Source: Roseivirga sp. (GTDB taxonomy: Bacteria > Bacteroidota > Bacteroidia > Cytophagales > Cyclobacteriaceae). Taken from it: DNA of 64,000 nucleotides. The position numbers were made by a program, and so were the translations under genes. Location of the stretch: positions 188,489 to 252,488 of the forward strand of contig CBDDKG010000005.1 in NCBI GenBank assembly GCA_965230105.1, written 5' to 3'. Below, one piece after another: positions 56,882 through 64,000 of the stretch (the stretch's first letter is position 1; every line of letters begins with the position of its first letter). The notes under the pieces are model-generated. The model was not told the origin of the DNA, ran no database searches, and saw only the letters and a list, made by a program, of their open reading frames with translations.

Positions 56882-56900
56882 ATTTAGACTAATTCCAAAC
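56882..56900. promoter_or_regulatory. Fur-like 19-bp operator
   Basis: ATTTAGACTAATTCCAAAC, 18/19 identical to 52495-52513. Confidence 0.72.
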
Positions 56901-56930
56901 AAAGGTAAAGCGCAAAGGTTCAAGGATCAA
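56900..56930 (-). promoter_or_regulatory. Sigma70 promoter P3 of the ankyrin-DUF2271-PepSY operon
   Basis: Minus strand TTG-N20-TACCTTTG. Confidence 0.75.
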
Positions 56931-56951
56931 CTGTCAATGCGGCTAATTCGA

Positions 56952-56967
56952 TCACTAGTACTAGTAT
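56952..56967 (-). promoter_or_regulatory. Upstream 16-mer ATACTAGTACTAGTGA
   Basis: Exact match to 45865-45880, in the same orientation relative to transcription. Confidence 0.65.
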
Positions 56968-57025
56968 TTTTTGCAATTGGTCTGACCCTATTTTTGGGTA
57001 GAAAGGTGTGAGGTCTTTAGAAACA

Positions 57026-57490
57026 TCAGCGCAACTTTTTTAATGCCCTCTTAAGTTGTTTGGCATTGACAAAAGCATCCTGTTGATGGAGAATTTCATA
57101 TTTGGCATTGAGAAAAACAAGGGTGGGATAGGCCACAACTCCGTCTTTGGCCCCAAGTTGCTGTGCCAGCTCATGAGTACCCGTATTGGTACCATTCGGT
57201 TTGTATTTAAAAGTTTGACCCAGAAAGGTGACATCTGTTTTGGATTCTCCGTCAAAGCTTACGAAGTGAAAGTCTTTTGTAAGCAGAGACTTGATCTCCT
57301 CATTTTGAAAAGTGGTCTGCTTCATATTCTCACAGAAGTTACACCAGGGGGCATGCAAGAAAACGACCACAGGCCTTGGGTCTGTCTTTTGTACAGCTTC
57401 TAGCTTCTCAAAACTTAGAGCATAGTCTTGTGCATGAGCTACGCTCAATCCCAGTGTTATATTCAATATAAAAGCTAAAGCAATTTTCAT
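57026..57490 (-). CDS. Exported thioredoxin-fold protein
   Basis: Signal peptide; APWCNFC active site and YPT cis-Pro loop. Confidence 0.85.
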   Translation of the reverse strand: MKIALAFILNITLGLSVAHAQDYALSFEKLEAVQKTDPRPVVVFLHAPWCNFCENMKQTTFQNEEIKSLLTKDFHFVSFDGESKTDVTFLGQTFKYKPNGTNTGTHELAQQLGAKDGVVAYPTLVFLNAKYEILHQQDAFVNAKQLKRALKKLR

Positions 57491-57493
57491 TAC

Positions 57494-59776
57494 TTAACGA
57501 ACTGTAAACCTTAAACCTAAGAAACCTCTGATGCCCTGGTTTGAAGCATATACGTAGGTTGGGTCAAAAGTAAGACCATTAGGGTTATTTGGTGTGGGAA
57601 TTACCTGCCCATCATTGCCGAAGGTCACATTCCTGTCAAAGGGATCGAATGGCCGGGCGATGCTATTATCGGCAGGAGTGAAATTCAATAGGTTTTTAAC
57701 TCCTCCATAAACCTCCCATTGATCACCGAACTTCTTGGTCAGCTGGATGTTTTGAATACTAAACCATGGAGATTCTGCAGGTCGATCGTCTAATTCGCCT
57801 AAGAGTGGCAAGCGCATTGGACCATACAAATTACCAGTATAATCCACCTGAATACCATTGCTGAACGTATAGCCTATACTCCAAACACCTTGCACTGATT
57901 CAGTGAGAATTTGTCGGGTTCTTTCACCGTTTTCCTCTACCGTGACATCCATTACGGTCAGACCGCCATTGATTTTCAATCCATTGTCCCAGACCATGTC
58001 CACATTGACAGAAATACCACGTGAAATAGAGTTTCCCTCCAGATTACTATAAATGATTTTGTTTGGATCAGTCTCGTAATCTGGTAGAATACGATTTGTA
58101 AAGTAGGTATAGAAGGCAGTGGCGTCCAGACCAATATAGGTGCTATTGCTGGTATAGAACTTCTTTACAAAGTTGATGTTGGTATTCCAAGACGTTTCAG
58201 GTCTTAGCTCCCCATCAAACTCCACTGTTCTCGCACCAGAGAGTGCCGCGTGGTCTTCCGTAAAGACATTGGCTACCCTATAGCCATTGCCAGCACTGAT
58301 GCGAAGAATGTTCCTTTTATTCGGAGAGTTCCATTTGTAATTGACCCTGGGAGTCACAATACCACCATGAAGGCTATTATAGTCATAGCGCATACCCAGC
58401 AATAGTTTATTGTTGGGTTTTAAAGAAATCTCATCTTGAATAAATACGCCTGGCAGATGGGTTCTAGATGGATTATTGTCATTGCTGTCATCATTAAATG
58501 TTGCAGGTGTATTGTCATCGTAATAAGTGTAACGATAGACAGTTCCTGCCACAATATCATGCTTGCCCATGCTTTTATTCCATGTCAATTGCCCAAAGGC
58601 AACATATTGATCGGCATCGTACTCGGTGTCTCCATAAAATGAATCTTGCACATGGCCATTAGCACTGAACTGGAAATTCAATAGCTCGCTCGTTGGCAAT
58701 TGGTATACACCAAATGTCTCCCACCGGCTGGTGTATATGCTTTCTCCATATACATCTGTACCCCCTCTGTTTTCGCTATTCCACTGGATTTCACCACCCC
58801 AGCGATCCTCATAAACATAGCGACCTGCTATTGAGAATACTCGATTGTCTTTGCGCTGAAAGTTGATTTTGTTGAAGATAGAGATCCTATTCTGAAGGGT
58901 TAAATCAGTGAAGTTGTCACCATTATTATCGATTGGGTTTTGGTAATTGAAATAGTTAATACCCAATAATGACTGTGTTCTTTTACCCAGATTGTACCTC
59001 AATCCAATATCAGTATTTACCTCACCCCAGTCTGTAGCGAAAACATCTACTGAGGCCTGAGGAGCATTGCCCGGTTTTTTGGTGATAATATTGACTAGGC
59101 CACCTACGGCTTCTGATCCATATAAGGTAGAGGCCGGTCCTTTGACAATCTCAACTCGCTCAATCAGAGATTGCGGAATACCCGTTAGGCCATAAACCGT
59201 AGATAAGCCACTGACAATGGGCATACCATCGATCAATACCATGGTGTATGGCCCTTCGAGACCATTGATGTGAATATCTCCCGTATTGCAGACATTACAG
59301 TTTAACTGTGGCCTAACACCATTTACATTTTGTAGCGACTCAAAGATGGAAGGTGTAGGATTGGCTTTGAAGAACTTTTGACTATATACTTCCACAGGAA
59401 CTGGGCTTTCCAGTTTGGACACTTCTTTCAGAGTACCAGAAACCACGATATCATCGAGCGCATTAATTTTTTCTACCAGGTCGAAAGATAAGGTCAAGTC
59501 AGGTGTCTCAGTACTGAGTCTAACAGCTTGACTAATTTTTTCATAACCGACCATGGAAACCACGAGCGTGTAACTTCCATAGGGTACGCTCTCAATGCTA
59601 AAAGCACCGTTTTCATCGGATACATCACCGTAAGAAGTACCCAATAAACCTACATTCACCAATACCATTGGGGTGCCTTGTGAAGACAGGGTTCCTTTAA
59701 TTGAGCCCTCCTGTGCCCAAGCGGAAAAGGAGAATAAAACGAAGAAAAAACCGAATAGAAACCTGTTTAGCCTCAT
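57494..59776 (-). CDS. TonB-dependent receptor with a plug CxxC (probable divalent-metal receptor)
   Basis: LDDIVVSGT, RPQLNCNVCNTGDIHINGLEGPY, IERVEIVKGPASTLYGSEAVGG and terminal GLRFTVR. Confidence 0.9.
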   Translation of the reverse strand: MRLNRFLFGFFFVLFSFSAWAQEGSIKGTLSSQGTPMVLVNVGLLGTSYGDVSDENGAFSIESVPYGSYTLVVSMVGYEKISQAVRLSTETPDLTLSFDLVEKINALDDIVVSGTLKEVSKLESPVPVEVYSQKFFKANPTPSIFESLQNVNGVRPQLNCNVCNTGDIHINGLEGPYTMVLIDGMPIVSGLSTVYGLTGIPQSLIERVEIVKGPASTLYGSEAVGGLVNIITKKPGNAPQASVDVFATDWGEVNTDIGLRYNLGKRTQSLLGINYFNYQNPIDNNGDNFTDLTLQNRISIFNKINFQRKDNRVFSIAGRYVYEDRWGGEIQWNSENRGGTDVYGESIYTSRWETFGVYQLPTSELLNFQFSANGHVQDSFYGDTEYDADQYVAFGQLTWNKSMGKHDIVAGTVYRYTYYDDNTPATFNDDSNDNNPSRTHLPGVFIQDEISLKPNNKLLLGMRYDYNSLHGGIVTPRVNYKWNSPNKRNILRISAGNGYRVANVFTEDHAALSGARTVEFDGELRPETSWNTNINFVKKFYTSNSTYIGLDATAFYTYFTNRILPDYETDPNKIIYSNLEGNSISRGISVNVDMVWDNGLKINGGLTVMDVTVEENGERTRQILTESVQGVWSIGYTFSNGIQVDYTGNLYGPMRLPLLGELDDRPAESPWFSIQNIQLTKKFGDQWEVYGGVKNLLNFTPADNSIARPFDPFDRNVTFGNDGQVIPTPNNPNGLTFDPTYVYASNQGIRGFLGLRFTVR

Positions 59777-59820
59777 GATTAGAGCTGTCGATTATATTTT
59801 TTTGGTATGTAAAATTATAA

Positions 59821-59838
59821 AATTAGACTAATCTAAAA
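59821..59838. promoter_or_regulatory. Palindromic operator TTAGA-N4-TCTAA (DtxR/MntR-like spacing)
   Basis: AATTAGACTAATCTAAAA lies within a putative TTT-N20-TAATTTTA promoter on the - strand. Confidence 0.5.
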
Positions 59839-59882
59839 AAATAATTAGATCAATTTTATTGACTTTAATCCATTGAAGAAAT

Positions 59883-59914
59883 AAAAAAGGCCGCTCCGAC
59901 TCCTCGGAACGACC
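59883..59914 (-). terminator. Intrinsic terminator after the distal TBDR
   Basis: Minus strand ggtcgttccga-ggag-tcggagcggcc-tttttt (two G.U pairs). Confidence 0.75.
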
Positions 59915-59938
59915 CATCTCAACCAATTAATCAACAAC

Positions 59939-62185
59939 TCATAACTTAATGCCCAGGGATAGTCTTGCCTGAAATGGCGTACCTGGGGTAAAATGTATTT
60001 CACTTACTGAAGTGGCCTCTGAGAATAATCTCGACTCAGTCTCAAACTGTGCTTCCTTCCATTCTCTGTTCAATAGATTCTCGATTGAGAGCCCAATATC
60101 AAAGCGTCCGACTCGATAGTTCATGGTCATATCCAATAGGAAGTATCCGTCAGCAATCAAGGACTTGTCTTCGTTGGCAGATCTATCTCCCAATAGTCGA
60201 TAGCTTAGGCTGCCGCTGAACTTTTTCTTTGTATCATAAATCAGGCTGCCGATACTGGTAAAAGTCGGAGCCAATGGAATATACTGCTGACCTTCAGCTT
60301 CCTCTACTGCACGAGGATTGGTATAGTTGACATCCATACTGGCATAAAGGCTCGGTGTGAATTGATAGCGAAGCCCAAGTTCTATTCCTTGTCTTGTAGT
60401 TTTACCCCCGGCTTCTACAATCCCTTCATCCCCAACGTAGACAAATTCCTGGTCGAGGTTTAATCTCCATAGAGCTAGGTTCACTAACAGTTTATCAGAA
60501 GGTTTCCAGATGGAACCAATATCCAGGCCATAAGCCTTCGGTAAAATCTGTTCACCAGATCTTGCCACTACTACGCGGGAGTCATTGGAATGAAAACCAA
60601 CGCCCGACTTGATGAACAAATTGAGACTGGGCTTGACGGTATAGCTCAACTTGAGCTTAGGACTGAAAATGCCCTGACTTACATCAGGCTGTGATGTTGC
60701 GAGTTTATCGGCATAGCCGAAACTAAACCAATCATATCGGACTCCTGTAGTGAGTTCCAGTTTCTTCGTCAGGCTCACTTGTTCTTCAGCAAACAGGTAA
60801 AGATTAGTTTCCCTGATGTCTCCGAATGCCAAATCTTCAAGGATTGTGTTCTTTTGAAAAGTTCTGGATAGGCGATTGTCATTGATGATGTCGTGCCGAA
60901 AACCTATTCCTAATTCAGTGGATGCATCGCGTCCAAGAAAAGACCAGTTGTTCCAATAACTATGCTTACTACCCAACAAAGTTCTGCTTTCTGATTGCGT
61001 AATCTGATCTCCGAAAACCGGATCATTCAGGAAGAATGTGAAGTTTGAAACCAGGTTAAAATGATATCGAGATAGGAAGAGCTGATTCTCAATAAATGAA
61101 CCATCGTTGAATTCAGTGATCATCTGGGCATTGAGATTATATCTGCTTGTATTGCCACCCTCTGTATCATCAATTGCCCCAAATCTTGATATTTGACCAC
61201 TGCTGATAGCTCGTTGAGGCACCTGTCCTGATGCACTCCAACGGCTTCGAAAGGCAGAAAGGGAAACTTCAAGCTTGTTCTGATCGTTTAGTCGCTGGTT
61301 AAACTTCAAGAGTGAATTAAATCGGTTGAAGTTTTGTGGGCTCTCAAAGTAACCATCAGAGATGGAGTACTCTGTCGCTAAATACAGACTTGGAGCGTAT
61401 TTCTTATTTGATGCCAGGAGGTTAAACAAACCAACACCGCGAAAGGTATTAAACTGCCCTGCTTCAAACTTAACTGAACTTTCATTGAGTCTTTTTTTAG
61501 TTGAGAAGGCCGCAAAGCCCGCTGTATTCAAATTACCTTGATCAGTGTAATAGGGGCCTTTGTCAAAAGCCACTCTTTCAATGGTCTCAGGGATCACAAA
61601 GTGCAGGTCTGAATAGCCTTGTCCATGGGCATGTGAAACCATATTCACAGGCATACCATCTACAGTGAGAGCGATGTCAGTACCATGGTCAATGTCGAAA
61701 CCTCTTAAGAATATCTGTTCTGCTTTTCCTCCACCTGCATGTTGGGCAATGAAAAGCCCTGGAACGATTTGCAATACATCTTGAGAAGACTTGATGGGTC
61801 TTAGTCCGATATCAATAGCTGATATTTGAGATTGATTTTGACCGAGGTCAGGCCTTATTTCAACATCCTTGAGTGATAGTTTGGCGGGTGACAAAGTCAC
61901 TTCAATCTCCCTTTTTTCTCCATTGTTAATGATAATTTCTTGGCTGTGTTTTTCGAATCCAATGAAACTCACTTGCAATTGGTATTTGCCGCTGTCAACA
62001 TTGTCCAAATAGAACTTACCCAGTCTGTTGGTCGGACTTCCCTGCAATGTTTCTATTAACACGACATTGGCTCCTATCAAGGGTTCGCCTTGAGTATCTA
62101 CTATTACACCGGTTACAAGACCTTTTTGTCCGAGGGCCTGGAAACCTAATAGGCTAATACAAAGGATTAAGATGTAGGATCTCAT
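59939..62185 (-). CDS. TonB-dependent receptor with a His-rich plug
   Basis: QHAGGGKAEQIFLRGFDIDHGTD and VSHAHGQGYSDL motifs; terminal HFTPGTPFQARLSLGIKL. Confidence 0.9.
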   Translation of the reverse strand: MRSYILILCISLLGFQALGQKGLVTGVIVDTQGEPLIGANVVLIETLQGSPTNRLGKFYLDNVDSGKYQLQVSFIGFEKHSQEIIINNGEKREIEVTLSPAKLSLKDVEIRPDLGQNQSQISAIDIGLRPIKSSQDVLQIVPGLFIAQHAGGGKAEQIFLRGFDIDHGTDIALTVDGMPVNMVSHAHGQGYSDLHFVIPETIERVAFDKGPYYTDQGNLNTAGFAAFSTKKRLNESSVKFEAGQFNTFRGVGLFNLLASNKKYAPSLYLATEYSISDGYFESPQNFNRFNSLLKFNQRLNDQNKLEVSLSAFRSRWSASGQVPQRAISSGQISRFGAIDDTEGGNTSRYNLNAQMITEFNDGSFIENQLFLSRYHFNLVSNFTFFLNDPVFGDQITQSESRTLLGSKHSYWNNWSFLGRDASTELGIGFRHDIINDNRLSRTFQKNTILEDLAFGDIRETNLYLFAEEQVSLTKKLELTTGVRYDWFSFGYADKLATSQPDVSQGIFSPKLKLSYTVKPSLNLFIKSGVGFHSNDSRVVVARSGEQILPKAYGLDIGSIWKPSDKLLVNLALWRLNLDQEFVYVGDEGIVEAGGKTTRQGIELGLRYQFTPSLYASMDVNYTNPRAVEEAEGQQYIPLAPTFTSIGSLIYDTKKKFSGSLSYRLLGDRSANEDKSLIADGYFLLDMTMNYRVGRFDIGLSIENLLNREWKEAQFETESRLFSEATSVSEIHFTPGTPFQARLSLGIKL

Positions 62186-62190
62186 TTTCT

Positions 62191-63477
62191 CTAGCTTTTC
62201 AGGTTTTCTCGGATACGCTGGGCTGTCAGTGGTCCTAACTCGAATTCGCTTTCCAGCGCTTCTTTGAGGTATTCCTGACCTTTTCGTAGGTGCCCATTCA
62301 TTTTATAAATGAGGCCCAGGTGATAAAGTACTTCTGGTTCGGAGGACTGTCCATCTACAAATAGGCTGGCGATTTTGAGTGCCTTTTCTAATTCACCATT
62401 TTGGAGGTATGTCCAGGCCAGCAGATCATACATTTGAGGTGTAGGGCGTTTTTCCTGCTCTTTTTCAGCTTCTATAATGGCCTCAGCATTCATCTTTAAA
62501 TCCTCACTAGCCAATAGAATGAGGTATTTATTGTGCATGCCCATGTATTTTGGAGAGGAGGCCTGCGCAAAAAAGGCTTGCTTTAGTTGCAGGCTCTCAC
62601 TCCCCAAGCCTTCATAGTCGGCAATTTCTGCCAGCATGAGTTTTACCTGTGGATCATTGCTGTGTTCATCGATGTGACGAAGAATTCGTTTGGCTTCATC
62701 CATGTTGCCATCATGTGCAAAGTTTATCCATGCCAAGCCTTTCCATGAATGCCAGTGTTGGGGGTCATGGTTAAGCACACTTAGGTAGGCTTGGTAAGCG
62801 TCTTCAATTCTACCGGCATGACCATACATGTCTCCAAGATTGGAAATGCTCCAGCGCATAATAGAATTGTCGAATTTTACTCTTTCATAAGCCATTTCCA
62901 TAAGTTCAATGGCTTTGTCAAGGTCGCCTTGATGATCCGCGAACTTGGAAGCTCTTGTCAGATAGTCAAAGGAACTTTTGCTCTGTTGTTTATTGAGGAT
63001 GCTCTCAGCAGTTTCAAACTCGCCTAATTCCATCAGGGCATCGAAAAGCATATAGTAAGAGGCCGCTTGGTCTTCACCAGCATCTACCGCCTTAAGCGCA
63101 TACATTTTCGCTGTTGGGAATTCATGCTGTGTTACCGCATTTGCACTCAATGCTCGATAAGTGGCTGCCTTATTGAATGGATTTGACTCTAGAGACTTTT
63201 GGTAAAGACTATCGGAAATATGTAGGTCATCGATCAGTCCATCTGCTCTGAAGCGTTTGCTATAAAGGCCAGCTAGTTGGCTAAGGTTAATATGACTCTT
63301 AGGAGACTTTGATAGTCTTTCTTGCCAGAATTGAATGTCTGCATTGAGATCTCGATTTGCCTTAGTAGAAACCGATAATAAGCTGTCGTAATCTGTTGCC
63401 TCTGCTATTGGTTTCTGACTTTGCTGACAGGAAACAATCAGGAGGCTTGTGAGTAAGAGTGTGAGAAATGATTTCAT
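62191..63477 (-). CDS. TPR lipoprotein of the DUF4331 cluster
   Basis: Lipobox IVSC and TPR helices; start moved to ATG 63477. Confidence 0.8.
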   Translation of the reverse strand: MKSFLTLLLTSLLIVSCQQSQKPIAEATDYDSLLSVSTKANRDLNADIQFWQERLSKSPKSHINLSQLAGLYSKRFRADGLIDDLHISDSLYQKSLESNPFNKAATYRALSANAVTQHEFPTAKMYALKAVDAGEDQAASYYMLFDALMELGEFETAESILNKQQSKSSFDYLTRASKFADHQGDLDKAIELMEMAYERVKFDNSIMRWSISNLGDMYGHAGRIEDAYQAYLSVLNHDPQHWHSWKGLAWINFAHDGNMDEAKRILRHIDEHSNDPQVKLMLAEIADYEGLGSESLQLKQAFFAQASSPKYMGMHNKYLILLASEDLKMNAEAIIEAEKEQEKRPTPQMYDLLAWTYLQNGELEKALKIASLFVDGQSSEPEVLYHLGLIYKMNGHLRKGQEYLKEALESEFELGPLTAQRIRENLKS

Positions 63478-63492
63478 GGGTGAGATTTTTTT

Positions 63493-63530
63493 GCGGCCCA
63501 GCACTTCCTAATGAAGGAAGGCTGAGTCGC
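63493..63530 (-). other. Intercistronic RNA stem-loop (stability or processing element)
   Basis: Minus strand gcgactcagc-cttcc-ttcatta-ggaag-t-gctgggccgc, with no U-tract. Confidence 0.5.
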
Positions 63531-63554
63531 ATATGATTGTATGAAAATGATTGA

Positions 63555-64000
63555 CTACCAAGGGCTTGCCAAGTAGGGAAATGTGTTTAGAAATGGTTTG
63601 TCATTGCCATCAACATGGTCGTCCGTTAGGCCGGGGTTAGCTGTACCATCAGGGCCACCGAAGATGAGTAAGAGCTCAGTAGAGATGACATCATCTGAAA
63701 GTGTTCTTCCAGTTAATACATTGACTCCATCAAAGAAAGTCGTTGTACCTGTCAGCGATACGGTCAGTATGTCTGTTGCCAAAACACCGGAGAATGTAGC
63801 GGCATCTAAACCTAATGCATTGGTTGTATAACCAGCATTTAGGGCGAGCAATCTATCTTGGATTTCCTGCCCAAAGGCAGCTCCCATTTGCGATGGGATG
63901 GTCACATTGAAAACATCTTTTCTGGCTCCCTGAATAAAGACAGTGTTTACAGCTGGACGCCCCATTTGGTCTTCTTGTGCATAGACTGCGGCTACATCAG
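63555..64000 (-). CDS. DUF4331 family protein (3' part; runs off the window edge)
   Basis: QEDQMGRPAVNT, GRTLSDDVI and FPYLASPW motifs; frame open to base 64000. Confidence 0.85.
   Translation of the reverse strand, partial: DVAAVYAQEDQMGRPAVNTVFIQGARKDVFNVTIPSQMGAAFGQEIQDRLLALNAGYTTNALGLDAATFSGVLATDILTVSLTGTTTFFDGVNVLTGRTLSDDVISTELLLIFGGPDGTANPGLTDDHVDGNDKPFLNTFPYLASPW

Noticed and set aside
1-64000. rRNA, tRNA, CRISPR, prophage, integrase or IS elements
   Set aside because: No cloverleaf, rRNA-like stretch, repeat-spacer array or transposase/integrase motif was seen, and the intergenic gaps are short.

Overview
This is a chromosomal window from a Bacteroidota bacterium. The phylum call rests on gldH, HmuY, TTG-N20-TAnnTTTG promoters and generally absent Shine-Dalgarno motifs; a Cytophagales affiliation is inferred. 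Bases 1-45.7 kb are mostly housekeeping genes: nuoABCD, icd, panB, recQ, purD, ricT-gldH, thiL, fabG, lpdA and an ECF sigma/anti-sigma pair. That part also holds a doubly frameshifted mscS, a DUF2723/GT117 glycosyltransferase, a GWxTD protein and an Hhe-like DUF4011 helicase next to an orphan gene. Bases 45.7-64 kb form a metal-acquisition island with three TonB-dependent receptors. The strongest signal is a three-operon iron regulon: (i) HmuR-like receptor-HmuY-DUF6607; (ii) a ~220-nt structured leader or sRNA, three DUF6686-like paralogs, a 63-aa protein and flavodoxin; (iii) ankyrin-DUF2271-PepSY/flavodoxin/FNR reductase. All three promoters carry a 19-bp Fur-like palindrome just downstream of the -7 box and an unexplained upstream ACTAG(T/C)GA motif, and two share an exact 16-mer. 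No rRNA, tRNA, CRISPR array, integrase or transposase was seen. All family assignments come from recognising motifs by eye, not from database searches.
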